64,000 bases of DNA from Halarcobacter sp. GTDB lineage: Bacteria > Campylobacterota > Campylobacteria > Campylobacterales > Arcobacteraceae. Of the stretch, positions 51,460 through 62,443 are shown piece by piece (the stretch's first letter is position 1; each line of letters opens with the position of its first letter). The DNA lies in the NCBI GenBank assembly GCA_963676565.1, contig OY781089.1:1664001-1728000 (forward strand). Direction: 5' to 3'. Made by a program: the position numbers and the translations under genes. The notes under the pieces are model-generated. The model saw only the letters and a program-made list of their open reading frames with translations, searched no databases and was not told the origin of the DNA.

Positions 51460-54087
51460 ATGAGTTCAAAAAATAAAAAAGTCTACGATTTAGAATATAT
51501 TGAAAAAATATTTAAAGTAATACCCCTAACATTTATTTTAATACTCTCTATGGTCTCAATTTTTGTTACCTTTGTTATTTTAGAATCTAAACAAAATCGA
51601 GAAATCGACCTTTTAAAACAAAAAACACAATTACAAAATCAATTTGAAAAAAAAGAAGTTTTATTAGACTTTTCTAAAAATGTAGAAAATAGAGTAACAA
51701 ATGAATTAAATAAAATTAGTAAAATTTTACAAGAACATGCTCATAAAATAATTGGAAATCTTAACAATAAAGATGAATTGAAATTTGATTCAACAGTTCA
51801 TTTTTTAGAAGAATATGAAAGAAATCATGGTGTAGAAATAGTTTTATTTGAAAATAAGCCTTTGAATATAGTTTATGGTCATGATAAAATCGTATTTTTA
51901 TCAAAGCTTATTTTTGGAGACTATACAGAAGTTTATAAACAAATAGTTTTAAAATATATTAGTTCCCAAGGAAGATATAATCTGCAAGAGTGGAAAAATG
52001 ACCTTACAGGTGCTTTAAGACTAAGTTTTTTTGACACTTTTGAAATCAATAATAAAAAATACTATGTGGGGACTTTCTCAAAGCTTGAAAATATAAGATA
52101 TATCACAAAAAATTTAATTATTGATGAGATTGATTCAAGTAATAAAACAGATAAATATACTATTTGGTTTTATGATTTAATTACAAGATTAACATATAAC
52201 TATCAAAATAAAAAACTTTTTGACAATATAAATGTAGTTTTATCAAAAAAAGATTACAGTAAAAAATTTGAGATATTAAAATATTTTGATGACAATGAGC
52301 AAATGAATGAAAATTTTAGTAATTACATTTTATATAACAATAGATTCAAATATTTTATTGCCATTGATTATAACAAAGATGTAGAGATTAATGAGTTAGA
52401 GATTAGGGATAAATATAAAGCCTTATATTCTGAAATTACAACTTACATAGTTTTTATAGGATTATTACTAATAATATCATCTTTACTATTCTCAAATTTT
52501 ACAAAAAAGATTCTTGATCGATACAATAATATGTTAAATGAGAAAACTAAACTTTTAACTCACTGGAAAAATAGGTTTGAATTAGCAATTATTGCATCAA
52601 ATGATGGTTTATGGGATATTGATTTTAATACAAATGAGATATATTTTTCTGATAAGTGGCTGGAAATTTCAGGATACCAAAGGGGTGAAGTTAAGAAATT
52701 TTCCGATTGGTTTTCTTTAATTCATAACAAAGATAAAGATGCTGTTAAATACCTTTTTGATGAGATATTTGAAGAAAAAAGAGATAATTTTATTTGTGAA
52801 TATAGATTAAGAGTTAAAAGCGGAAATTTTAAGTGGATACTTGCAAGGGGAAAACTTTTTATAGATAAAGATACAGGGCATAAAAGAATGCTTATGATGT
52901 CTATGGATATTGATAAAAATAAAAGATTGAAAAAAGAACTTTTAGATGTTGAACTTCTTGTAGAAGATGGAAAAATAGTTATCTTTAAACTTTTTAATGA
53001 TGAAAACTTAAGTGTAAAATATATCTCAAATTCAATAAAAAATTATGGCTTTACTAAAAAAAGTTTTGAAACAAATGAGATGAATTTTTTAGACCTTTTT
53101 TATAAAAAAGATATCGATATTATAAAAGCTGCTATGAATGCAGCTATTAATAAAAATCTTTCAGATTTTACTTTTGAATGTAGAGTTTTAAATGCAGCAA
53201 ATCAAATTAGATGGGTTTCTTGTAGAGTAATTTTGTTAAAAGACCATAGTGGAAATTTAGCTAATTTCTATGGTTATATGAGTGATATCACTAAAATTAA
53301 ATTAAGTGAAGAGGAACTGAAAAATAAAATTAATGAAGAGCTTGATAAAAATAGAGAGAAAGATAGAATTTTAATTCAACAAAGTAAACTTGCAGCAATG
53401 GGTGAGATGCTTGGAAATATTGCCCATCAATGGAGACAACCATTAAATAATATCTCTTTATTTTTATCTTTCATAAAAGATGGTTATAAAAATGAGAAAA
53501 TTACTTTTGAAATGTTAGAAAAGTATTTTGATAAATCTTTTAATCAAATTGAATATATGTCTCAAACAATCGATGACTTTAGAAATTTTTATAAACCCTC
53601 AAAACAAAAAAATAGATTTGATATAAAACATGCAATTGATTCAACAATTGAGATAATTAAAGCACAAATAAAAGATGAAAATATAAATCTTAGACTAAAT
53701 GTCTCAGAAAATATTTTATATGGTTTTGAAAATGAATTGAAACAATCACTTTTAAATATATTTAATAATGCCCTTGATGCAATTAAATCAAAATCAAAGG
53801 AAAAAGATTTTGAAAAATATATAAAAGTAGATTCAAAAGAGGAAAAAGGGTTTATAAAAATCAAAATTGAAAATAATGGTGGAAAAATAAATGAAGAGAT
53901 AATCTCAAAAATATTTGAGCCATACTTTACAACTAAATTTGAAAGTCAAGGTACAGGAATAGGTCTATATATGACAAAATCAATAATAGAAACAAATATG
54001 AATGGAAAAATAGAAGTTGAAAATATTGAAGAAGGGGTAGTTTTTACAATTAAACTACCTATATTAGAAGGGAATGAAAATGAGTAA
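51460..54087 (+). CDS. Membrane sensor histidine kinase with two PAS domains
   Basis: 2 TM flanking a periplasmic domain; DGLWD..YFSD.W PAS; AHQWRQP H-box; NNALDA, FEPYFTTK, GTGIGLY. Confidence 0.93.
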   Translation: MSSKNKKVYDLEYIEKIFKVIPLTFILILSMVSIFVTFVILESKQNREIDLLKQKTQLQNQFEKKEVLLDFSKNVENRVTNELNKISKILQEHAHKIIGNLNNKDELKFDSTVHFLEEYERNHGVEIVLFENKPLNIVYGHDKIVFLSKLIFGDYTEVYKQIVLKYISSQGRYNLQEWKNDLTGALRLSFFDTFEINNKKYYVGTFSKLENIRYITKNLIIDEIDSSNKTDKYTIWFYDLITRLTYNYQNKKLFDNINVVLSKKDYSKKFEILKYFDDNEQMNENFSNYILYNNRFKYFIAIDYNKDVEINELEIRDKYKALYSEITTYIVFIGLLLIISSLLFSNFTKKILDRYNNMLNEKTKLLTHWKNRFELAIIASNDGLWDIDFNTNEIYFSDKWLEISGYQRGEVKKFSDWFSLIHNKDKDAVKYLFDEIFEEKRDNFICEYRLRVKSGNFKWILARGKLFIDKDTGHKRMLMMSMDIDKNKRLKKELLDVELLVEDGKIVIFKLFNDENLSVKYISNSIKNYGFTKKSFETNEMNFLDLFYKKDIDIIKAAMNAAINKNLSDFTFECRVLNAANQIRWVSCRVILLKDHSGNLANFYGYMSDITKIKLSEEELKNKINEELDKNREKDRILIQQSKLAAMGEMLGNIAHQWRQPLNNISLFLSFIKDGYKNEKITFEMLEKYFDKSFNQIEYMSQTIDDFRNFYKPSKQKNRFDIKHAIDSTIEIIKAQIKDENINLRLNVSENILYGFENELKQSLLNIFNNALDAIKSKSKEKDFEKYIKVDSKEEKGFIKIKIENNGGKINEEIISKIFEPYFTTKFESQGTGIGLYMTKSIIETNMNGKIEVENIEEGVVFTIKLPILEGNENE

Positions 54088-54787
54088 TTCAATTACTAGG
54101 GTTTTACTTGTAGAAGATGAAGATGATGCTAGAGAGATTTTAGAGTTTTATTTAGATACAGTTTTTGATGAGGTTGAAGTTGCATCAAATGGTTTAGAGG
54201 GGTTAAATATATTTAACGAAAATTTAGAAAATGGGAAACTTTTTGATGTAATTGTTACAGATATAAGAATGCCACAATTAGATGGACTTTCGATGCTTGA
54301 AAAAATCACACAAAAAAATGAAGACCAAAAGTTTATAATTGTTTCTGCATATAAAGATGAAGAGTATTTGTTTAGGTCAATAAATCTAAATGTAATAAGC
54401 TACTTTGTAAAACCACTAGTTGTGGAAAATATAATGCAAATCCTAAAAAAAGTAAAAAAATCTATTTTAGAAAAAAATGAAAAAATAGAAATAGTTGATA
54501 ATGATTTAACAAAAATAAATGAAACCTATTTTTATAGTAAAGATAAAAAACTTTTATATGATAAAGATGAATTGGTTAATCTCTCAAAAAAAGAGACACT
54601 TTTATTGGATGCAATGATTTGTAAAAAAGGTGAAATTATTACTAATGAATACTTGAAAAAATCTGTTTGGAATGATTCTAAAACTTCAGATGCAACACTA
54701 AGAACTGTTATCAAAAGAGTTAAAGATAAGGTATCAAAGGACGATTTTATAGTTTCAAAAAAAGGAATGGGTTATATTATAGAATAA
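54080..54787 (+). CDS. OmpR-family response regulator
   Basis: LLVEDE, TDIRMPQLDG, KP, LSKKE, R..IKR, KGMGY. Confidence 0.93.
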   Translation: MSNSITRVLLVEDEDDAREILEFYLDTVFDEVEVASNGLEGLNIFNENLENGKLFDVIVTDIRMPQLDGLSMLEKITQKNEDQKFIIVSAYKDEEYLFRSINLNVISYFVKPLVVENIMQILKKVKKSILEKNEKIEIVDNDLTKINETYFYSKDKKLLYDKDELVNLSKKETLLLDAMICKKGEIITNEYLKKSVWNDSKTSDATLRTVIKRVKDKVSKDDFIVSKKGMGYIIE

Positions 54788-54829
54788 ATAAAACACCTTT
54801 TTATGGTGTGTCTAAAATAAATTTTTATA

Positions 54830-54851
54830 TTTTGAAACAATTTTGAAACAA
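54830..54851 (+). promoter_or_regulatory. Perfect tandem 11-bp direct repeat upstream of the TAXI-TRAP operon
   Basis: TTTTGAAACAA x2, then TGTTATACT extended -10 at 54866-74. Confidence 0.65.
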
Positions 54852-54901
54852 TTATGAAGTTTTTATGTTATACTTTCATTGTAATAAAAAAAGGAGATTA
54901 C

Positions 54902-55915
54902 ATGAGAATGAATTTACTAAAAAAACTAGCAATTGGTTCTATGCTAACAGCAGCACTTATTACAAGTGCAAGTGCTAAAAAGGAAGAAAAATATGTAATT
55001 GCAACGGCAAGTACAGGTGGGACTTTTTATCCTGTTGGAGTTGGAATTGCAACAATAGCTTCACTTAAATTAGCAAAATCAAATAACATCACATTTTCTG
55101 CAATCACAAGTGCAGGTTCTGGTGAAAATGTAAGTATGATGGAAAATGGCGAAGTAAACTTTGGTATTTTACAAGGTTTATTTGGTTCAATGGCATGGCA
55201 AGGAAAAGCAAAATATGATGGGAAACCAAAAAAAGATTTAAGATCTGTAACAATGCTTTGGCAAAATGTTGAGCAGTTTACAATTAAATCAGATTTTGCG
55301 AAAACTGGAAATATAAAAGATTTAAAAAATCTTTATGGGGAAAGATTCTCAATTGGTGGAAGAAACTCTGGGTCAAGAGTATCTGCTGAAACAATTATGG
55401 ATTCACTTGGAATTGATTATAACAAAATGGATGTACAATATTTAGGTTATAGCCCAAGTTCAACAGCACTTCAAGATGGAAAAATTCAAGGTATGAATAC
55501 ACCATCGGGACCTCCAACATCTGCTGTTACTAATGCTTTTGCATCAATTGGAAATGATAATATCAGAGTATTAGATTTTGATGCTGATGATTTAGCAAAA
55601 ATCAATGCAAACTATCCTGTATGGACTCCATTTAATATTAAAGCAGGAACATATCCAGGACAAGAAAAAGATATCAATACAATTGCACAACCTAACCTTT
55701 TAGTTGTAACAAAAGATACACCAGAAGAGACTGTATATTTACTTACAAAAACAATTTATGAAAACTTACCTTTTTTAAATACAGTTCATAAAGCAACAAA
55801 AGCTATGTCTTTACAAAAAGCGATTGATGGTCTACCAATGCCATTACATCCAGGTGCAGCTAAATACTACAAAGAACAAGGTATCAACATACCTGATGCT
55901 TTAATTATCAAATAA
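54902..55915 (+). CDS. TAXI-family TRAP solute-binding protein
   Basis: AAGGAG SD; signal peptide; ATASTGGTFYPVG, SAGSGEN, SGS, PLHPGAAKYYKE. Confidence 0.93.
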   Translation: MRMNLLKKLAIGSMLTAALITSASAKKEEKYVIATASTGGTFYPVGVGIATIASLKLAKSNNITFSAITSAGSGENVSMMENGEVNFGILQGLFGSMAWQGKAKYDGKPKKDLRSVTMLWQNVEQFTIKSDFAKTGNIKDLKNLYGERFSIGGRNSGSRVSAETIMDSLGIDYNKMDVQYLGYSPSSTALQDGKIQGMNTPSGPPTSAVTNAFASIGNDNIRVLDFDADDLAKINANYPVWTPFNIKAGTYPGQEKDINTIAQPNLLVVTKDTPEETVYLLTKTIYENLPFLNTVHKATKAMSLQKAIDGLPMPLHPGAAKYYKEQGINIPDALIIK

Positions 55916-55920
55916 AAAAC

Positions 55921-55943
55921 ATAAAGAGGATTTTCCTCTTTAT
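55921..55943 (+). terminator. Intercistronic stem-loop after the TAXI gene
   Basis: ATAAAGAGGA-TTT-TCCTCTTTAT. Confidence 0.6.
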
Positions 55944-56001
55944 GAAAGTTACTATAAAAAATAGTGCCTTTGATAAATAGGAATCTTGAAAGGATTAATC
56001 A

Positions 56002-57969
56002 ATGATCAAAATTAAATATTTTAAAGAAATTACTTTTGTGTATGCAATTTTTATATCACTATTTCATTTTTATATAAATATCTTTGGGGGTATTAGTGAT
56101 TTATGGTTTAACTCTGCACACTTCTCACTTTTAGCTTCCCTTGGATTTTTAACGTATGAAGCAATTAAAAATGATTATGAACACAAAGATGAAGTTTCTT
56201 TGGCTAATATCATTTTTGCTGTTTTAGCATTGGTGACATTTTTTTACATGGCGTTTTTCGAAGAGTCATTATATGCTGAACATAATGGAGAAATGAGAGT
56301 AAGTGATATTATAGTTGCTTCCATGACAATTGGTCTTGCAATTGAGATGGTTAGGAAATCAACTGGATACATTATCCCTGCAATTATCACTTTTTGTATA
56401 GCATATCTATTATTTTTAGGTCAATATTTTGAAGGTGTTTTTGCCTTTGGTGGAATGACACCTGAAAGATTTTTATATAGAATGTACTACACAAGTGAGG
56501 GGATGTTTGGTTCTATTGCAACTATTTCATCAACATATGTTTTTATGTTTATTTTATTTGCCGCATTTTTACTAAAATCTGGGGCAGGGGACTTTATAGT
56601 TGACTTAGCAAAAGGGGTTACTTCAAAATATACAGGTGGAACTGGGCATGTTGCAGTATTCTCATCAGCACTTATGGGAACTATTTCAGGGTCTGCTGTT
56701 GCAAATACAGTTTCAACTGGGTCAATTACAATTCCTATGATGAAAAAATCAGGTTTTAAACCAACTTTTGCAGCTGCAGTTGAAACAGCTGCAAGTACTG
56801 GTGGACAAATTATGCCTCCAATTATGGGAGCGGGGGCTTTTATTATGGCTCAAATGACTCATATCCCTTTTGTAACAATTATTTCAGTTTCAGTTTTACC
56901 TGCAATTTTATATTTTGCTTCTATCTCTTTTTATATTCATATTCATGCAAAAGAACATAATATTAAAGGTGAAGCAGAAAATGTAGATATAAAAGCAATT
57001 TTAAGAGAGGGTGCACACTTTTTAATTCCACTTGTAACTTTAGTTGGACTTTTAATTTATGGATTTTCACCAACATATTCAGCAGGGATTTCAATTGTTG
57101 CAATTATTGCAGCTTCATATCTAACAAAAACAAAAAGAATGGGTTTAAAACAAATTTTAGAAGCTTTAGCTTTAGGTGCTCAAAATATGGTTGTAACAGG
57201 TGTTTTACTTGTAGCAGTTGGTATTATAGTTGGAGTTATTAACATTACTGGAGTTGGAATCACCTTTTCACAATTAATTATTGAATGGTCAAATAACTCA
57301 CTTATGATAGCATTGATATTAGTTGCATTAGCTTCTTTAATTTTAGGAATGGGTTTACCTGTAACAGCTTCATATGTTGTTTTATCAGTTTTATGCGCAC
57401 CAGCACTTGTGGGTCTTATGTTAACTCCAGAGATGGCTGCACTTGTAAATGCAGGTATTGAAATACCTGAAGTTGCTATGTATTTACTTGCAGCCCACTT
57501 GATAATCTTTTGGTTATCACAAGATTCAAATCTTACGCCACCTGTTTGTTTAGCAGCGTTTGCAGCAGCAGCTATTGCAAAAACACCACCAATGAAAACA
57601 GGTTTTATGTCATGGAAAGTTGGAAAAGGTATGTATATAGTTCCATTATTATTTGCCTTTACTCCACTTATAACAGGAACTTTATTTGAAAAACTTGAGG
57701 TATTTTTCTTTGGTTTATTTGGAATATTGGCTTTTGCGATTGCTATGGAAGGTTTTTGGGATAAAAAAACAAATATTATTGAAAGGATTATTTTCGCCTT
57801 TGCCTCATTAATGTTATTAAGTCCTGATACTATGATTGGTTATGAAACAGTTTTTGATATTGTTCAAAATAATCATATAATTGGAACAATTTTATTTATT
57901 TTAGCAATGATTTATCATAAAATTACCTATAAAGTTCAGAAAAAGGAATTACATGCAACAGCTACTTGA
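56002..57969 (+). CDS. TRAP transporter fused permease (4TM/12TM)
   Basis: GTISGSAVAN..STG..TIPMMK, ASTGGQIMPPIMGAGAFIMA, LGMGLP, TPPV. Confidence 0.95.
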   Translation: MIKIKYFKEITFVYAIFISLFHFYINIFGGISDLWFNSAHFSLLASLGFLTYEAIKNDYEHKDEVSLANIIFAVLALVTFFYMAFFEESLYAEHNGEMRVSDIIVASMTIGLAIEMVRKSTGYIIPAIITFCIAYLLFLGQYFEGVFAFGGMTPERFLYRMYYTSEGMFGSIATISSTYVFMFILFAAFLLKSGAGDFIVDLAKGVTSKYTGGTGHVAVFSSALMGTISGSAVANTVSTGSITIPMMKKSGFKPTFAAAVETAASTGGQIMPPIMGAGAFIMAQMTHIPFVTIISVSVLPAILYFASISFYIHIHAKEHNIKGEAENVDIKAILREGAHFLIPLVTLVGLLIYGFSPTYSAGISIVAIIAASYLTKTKRMGLKQILEALALGAQNMVVTGVLLVAVGIIVGVINITGVGITFSQLIIEWSNNSLMIALILVALASLILGMGLPVTASYVVLSVLCAPALVGLMLTPEMAALVNAGIEIPEVAMYLLAAHLIIFWLSQDSNLTPPVCLAAFAAAAIAKTPPMKTGFMSWKVGKGMYIVPLLFAFTPLITGTLFEKLEVFFFGLFGILAFAIAMEGFWDKKTNIIERIIFAFASLMLLSPDTMIGYETVFDIVQNNHIIGTILFILAMIYHKITYKVQKKELHATAT

Positions 57970-58549
57970 TACACTAAAACAATGTGGATATGATCCACAT
58001 TTTGTTCAAACAAAGAAAGAAGCTTTAGAATTATCAAGAACTTTTATAAAAGATGGTATGAGTGTAGGTTTAGGTGGTTCTACTACCATTGCTGAAATAG
58101 GTTTACTTGATGAGATTGTAAATAATAAAAATATTACACTTTTTAATCAATATGAAAAAGGTATTTCTATGGAAGAAAATACCAAAAGAAGAAGAGAAGG
58201 GATGTTAACTGATCTTTACGTTACAGGGACAAATGCTTTAACAAAAGATGGCAAACTTGTAAATGCAGATGGAAGTGGAAATAGAGTAGCTGCATTAATC
58301 TTTGGACCTAAAAAAGTTCTGGTTGTTATTGGGGTGAATAAAATCGTTGAAAATGCTGATGAAGGTTTTAAAAGACTTATGGAAGTTGCAGCAGTTAAAA
58401 ATGTTGATAGAATGAATTCAAAATCAATTGAGATGGGAAAAGAACCTAGACACAACCTTGATAATATTGCAAATAAGTTTACTTATATAAAAGCTGATGT
58501 AAAAGACAGGATTTCAATAATTATTGTAAATGAGGAATTAGGATATTAA
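57953..58549 (+). CDS. LUD-domain (lactate utilization / YkgG-like) protein
   Basis: VGLGGS.T, TGTNALT.DG.LVN.DG.GNRVA, GPKKV..V.G.NKIV. Confidence 0.85.
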   Translation: MQQLLDTLKQCGYDPHFVQTKKEALELSRTFIKDGMSVGLGGSTTIAEIGLLDEIVNNKNITLFNQYEKGISMEENTKRRREGMLTDLYVTGTNALTKDGKLVNADGSGNRVAALIFGPKKVLVVIGVNKIVENADEGFKRLMEVAAVKNVDRMNSKSIEMGKEPRHNLDNIANKFTYIKADVKDRISIIIVNEELGY

Positions 58550-58559
58550 ACATTTAGTT

Positions 58560-59642
58560 TTAGGTAACTTTTTTCTTAAAAAACCAAGTTGCGATGATTA
58601 AAGTTGCAAAACCAATAATAATCATCGGAACTATTTGGTTTAAAGCTAATTCCCACGAAATATCTTTTAAGTAAACACCCTTTATTAAAATCAAAAAATA
58701 TTTTAGTGAAATAAAATCTGTAAATGGTATAAGCCAATCTGGCATATTTTCAACAGGTGTTGCAAAGCCTGACATTAAAATTGATGGCACTAGAAGTACA
58801 AAAGCTCCCAAAATTCCTTGTTGTTGTGTTGATGAAATAGATGAGATAAAAAGACCAAAACCAACAATAGAAAAAACAAAAGCAAAAATAGAGGCTACTA
58901 AAATCCAAAATGAACCTATAAAAGGTACAGCAAAAAAGGTTATGGCACTAAGATAGATAACCATTGCTTCAATAATAGAAATAGCCATAGGTGGAATTGT
59001 TTTCCCCACAATCAAAATCATTGGACTTATAGGTGCAACTGATATTTGCTCAAAAGTTCCAAGTTCTCTCTCCCTTGCTACAGAAAGTGAAGTTAAAATA
59101 AGGGCAATAATCATAGTTAAACTTCCAACTAAATTTGGTAATATCCACCAAAAGTTGTCTAAATTTGGGTTATACCAATTTCTAGTAATAATCATCTCTT
59201 TTTTATTTATAAAAGTAGATTGAATAATTTGCTCAACATAAGCAATTGCTAGTTGGGAACTGTTTGATTTTCTACCATCTCCTATAATCCCAATAGTAGC
59301 TGTTTGTCCTTGATATAAGTTTTTTGAAAAATCTTGGGGAATCTTTATGGCTAAAACAATTTTTTGAGAATCTAATTTTTTCTCTAAATCTAAAACACCA
59401 TTTAAATATAAAACCTCTTCAAATCTATCGCTATATTTTAAACTTCTAACGAACTCTTTACTTTCCCTTGAACCATTTGAATCTAAAACACCTATTGAGA
59501 TATTTTTAACCTCCAAAGTTACTGCAAAGGCAAAAAGTACAAGTTGTAAAAGTGGAGGTACGATTATAACTATTCGTGAACGTTTATCACTCCATATTGC
59601 TAAAAATTCTTTTCTTATTAGGGCTAATAATTGATTAAACAT
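58560..59642 (-). CDS. ABC-2 exporter permease (YbhR-like)
   Basis: DGRKSNS, WYNPNL, VARERELGTFEQ, SGFATPVENMP. Confidence 0.92.
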   Translation of the reverse strand: MFNQLLALIRKEFLAIWSDKRSRIVIIVPPLLQLVLFAFAVTLEVKNISIGVLDSNGSRESKEFVRSLKYSDRFEEVLYLNGVLDLEKKLDSQKIVLAIKIPQDFSKNLYQGQTATIGIIGDGRKSNSSQLAIAYVEQIIQSTFINKKEMIITRNWYNPNLDNFWWILPNLVGSLTMIIALILTSLSVARERELGTFEQISVAPISPMILIVGKTIPPMAISIIEAMVIYLSAITFFAVPFIGSFWILVASIFAFVFSIVGFGLFISSISSTQQQGILGAFVLLVPSILMSGFATPVENMPDWLIPFTDFISLKYFLILIKGVYLKDISWELALNQIVPMIIIGFATLIIATWFFKKKVT

Positions 59643-60745
59643 TAGTTTATCTTCTTTTTTGTGATTAAAAATATGATGAAAAAAAGTATAAAACCTATTA
59701 TCAACATAAAAATAGAGTTAGGGATTATAATCTCATAAATATCACCTGTTAAAAATAGAGTTTGTAAAATAGGTATAAAATATGTTGCAGGAATACCATT
59801 TGTTAAAAACTGTAACCATTGGGGCATACTTGAAATTTGAAAAATAAAACCTGATAAAATCATAGCTGGTAAAAAGCCAACTATTAAAGCCATTTGTGCT
59901 GCAACAAATTGGTTTTTTGCAAGTGTTGAGATTAAAAGACCTAGACTAAGACTAGGAATTAAATAAATAGCTGAGGTTAAAAATAAAAGAAAATATGAAC
60001 CTCTAAATGGTATTTCAAACCAAAAAAGCGTGATTAAGACACAAATAGTAAGGGAAATTAAACCAAGGAAAAAATAGGGTAATAGTTTACTAATAAGTAG
60101 TTCTAAAATTGTCGTAGGAGTAGACATAATAGCTTCCATTGTACCTCTTTCCCACTCCCTTGCAACAACAAGGGCTGTTAAAAGTGTACCAATAAGAGTT
60201 AAAATTATTGCAATAGAACCAGGCAATAAAAAGTATTTACTAGAAAGAGGGGCATTAAACCAATATCTAGTTCTAACTTCAATGGTAGATGGAGGAGTTA
60301 AGTTTTCATATTGTAACCAAGATTTCCATAGTTCATTGGAGTATTTGTTTACATATCCTGCAATACTTGGTTCACTACCATCAGTTATAATCTCTATTTG
60401 TGGATTACCTTTTAAAATCTCTTTATCAAAATTTGAAGGTATTATTATCATAGCCCTTAAACTTCCCTCTTGGAGTTTAGAAATAAATTCTCTTCTATCG
60501 CGACCAATTTCAATTTTAAAGCTTTCACTACTCTCAAATGATTTGATTAAACTTGCAGTGTATTTTGAATTTTTTTCTAAAACTATTCCCACAGGTATTT
60601 TTTTTGCATCAAGTGAGATTGCATAACCCATCAAAAATAGAAGCATCAAAGGAAGTATTATAGCTATAATTAAAGCACTAGGATCCCTTAATATTTGGAT
60701 AGTTTCTTTTATAAATATTGCTTTTAATCTTTGAGTACTAATCAT
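59642..60745 (-). CDS. ABC-2 exporter permease (YbhS-like)
   Basis: KE..QI.RDP, VVAREWERGTMEA, NQF.AAQ. Confidence 0.92.
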   Translation of the reverse strand: MISTQRLKAIFIKETIQILRDPSALIIAIILPLMLLFLMGYAISLDAKKIPVGIVLEKNSKYTASLIKSFESSESFKIEIGRDRREFISKLQEGSLRAMIIIPSNFDKEILKGNPQIEIITDGSEPSIAGYVNKYSNELWKSWLQYENLTPPSTIEVRTRYWFNAPLSSKYFLLPGSIAIILTLIGTLLTALVVAREWERGTMEAIMSTPTTILELLISKLLPYFFLGLISLTICVLITLFWFEIPFRGSYFLLFLTSAIYLIPSLSLGLLISTLAKNQFVAAQMALIVGFLPAMILSGFIFQISSMPQWLQFLTNGIPATYFIPILQTLFLTGDIYEIIIPNSIFMLIIGFILFFIIFLITKKKIN

Positions 60746-62435
60746 TGTCTTCTCTTTTAATTAGTTCAATAAACGCTTCTTCCATTGTTGCATCATTGGA
60801 AACTTCTTTTATAAGATTATGTGGAGTATCAAGGGCGATTGCTTTACCTTTATAAATCAAAGCAATTCTGTCACAATACTCTGCTTCATCCATAAAGTGA
60901 GTTGTAACCATAATAGTCATACCTTTTCTAACCATTGCATAGATATGATTCCAGAACTCACGTCTAGTTTGTGGGTCAATTCCTGATGTTGGTTCATCTA
61001 AAAATAAAACAACAGGGTCATGCATAACTGCACATGCTAGTGATAATCTTTGTTTATAACCTAAAGGTAAATCACCCGATGGCATTTTTCTATATTTTTT
61101 TAAATCAAAAATATCAATCATATTTTCGATTTTTTCTTTTCTTTTTTTCCCTTTTAAGCCATAAACTCCTGCAAAAAACTTTAGATTTTCATATACTGAG
61201 ATTCCTCCGTAAAGTGAAAACTTTTGAGACATATATCCTATTTTTGCCCTTGCTTTAAAAGATGATTTTTCTAAGTTCATATTTAAAACTTTTGCACTAC
61301 CACTTGTTGGAGTTATAAGACCACAAAGCATTTTAAAGGTTGTTGATTTTCCAGCACCATTTGGACCTAAAAAACCAAATATCTCGCCCCTTGGAATTTG
61401 AAAGCTTACATTATTGGTTGCTACAAATGAGCCAAATTTTTTACTTAAATTTTTAGCTTCAATTAAAAACTCTTCATCACTTTTTTCAAGCTCTCCCATT
61501 TGGGAAGCTAGAGGTGAATCTGCATTGAAGTTACCATTTAGGATATTCATAAATCCATCTTCAAAATTTGGAGCTATCTTTTCATACTTACAATTTTTTG
61601 CACCAATAGATTCTAAATTTGGAAGTAACTCTTTGCTCTCACAAATTAGTTTTATACTATTTCCTAAAATCACTCCATCTTTTACATTCTCATTTTTTAG
61701 TGCAGCTCTTAAAGTTTCTCTTTTATTCTCAATATCTCCTGTGATTTTAAAGACTTTGTTTTCCATAGTATTACTTAAATCTTTTGGAATACCATTAAAG
61801 ATTATTTCACCTTCATTTAATAAAATTACTTCATCACATAGTTCTGCTTCATCTAAATAAGCTGTACTCCAAACAACTCCAACTCCATCAGATATTAAAG
61901 ACTGAACTATTGCCCACAACTCTTTTCTTGAAATAGGATCAACTCCAACTCCAGGCTCATCTAAAAGTAGAAGTTTGGGTTTTTTAATTAAAGCACAAGC
62001 AAGACCAAGTTTTTGTTTCATTCCACCTGACAAATCCCTTGCTAAAAAAGTAGTAAAATCTTTAAGATTTATAAAATCAAGAAGCTCTTCTATTCTTTTC
62101 TTTTGTTCCTCTTTTTTTATTGATTGTAAATTTGCATAAAGTTTTAGGTTCTCTAAAACTGTTAAGTCTTCATAAAGTCCAAATTTTTGTGGCATATAAC
62201 CAATCTCTTCTTGAACTTTAAAAGCATCATTTGGTAAGTTATAGTTTAAAACTTTTAGTTCACCTTCTTCTGCGTCTAAAAGTCCTGTCATTAGTCTAAT
62301 AAGTGTAGTTTTACCAGCCCCATCTGGACCTACAAGTCCAGTAATTTTACCCTCTTTAATGTCTAAAGAGATATTGCATAGTGCTTTAGTTTTTCCAAAA
62401 TTTTTACTTAAACTTTTAACTTCAACCAATGACAT
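60738..62435 (-). CDS. ABC exporter ATP-binding protein with two NBDs (YbhF-like)
   Basis: GPDGAGKTT/LSGGMKQ/DEP and GPNGAGKST/DEPTSG. Confidence 0.95.
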   Translation of the reverse strand: MSLVEVKSLSKNFGKTKALCNISLDIKEGKITGLVGPDGAGKTTLIRLMTGLLDAEEGELKVLNYNLPNDAFKVQEEIGYMPQKFGLYEDLTVLENLKLYANLQSIKKEEQKKRIEELLDFINLKDFTTFLARDLSGGMKQKLGLACALIKKPKLLLLDEPGVGVDPISRKELWAIVQSLISDGVGVVWSTAYLDEAELCDEVILLNEGEIIFNGIPKDLSNTMENKVFKITGDIENKRETLRAALKNENVKDGVILGNSIKLICESKELLPNLESIGAKNCKYEKIAPNFEDGFMNILNGNFNADSPLASQMGELEKSDEEFLIEAKNLSKKFGSFVATNNVSFQIPRGEIFGFLGPNGAGKSTTFKMLCGLITPTSGSAKVLNMNLEKSSFKARAKIGYMSQKFSLYGGISVYENLKFFAGVYGLKGKKRKEKIENMIDIFDLKKYRKMPSGDLPLGYKQRLSLACAVMHDPVVLFLDEPTSGIDPQTRREFWNHIYAMVRKGMTIMVTTHFMDEAEYCDRIALIYKGKAIALDTPHNLIKEVSNDATMEEAFIELIKREDND

Positions 62436-62443
62436 AAAATATC

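Noticed and set aside
60282..61860. 114-aa and 148-aa plus-strand ORFs inside the ABC exporter genes
   Set aside because: Antisense to well-conserved genes; no recognisable motifs
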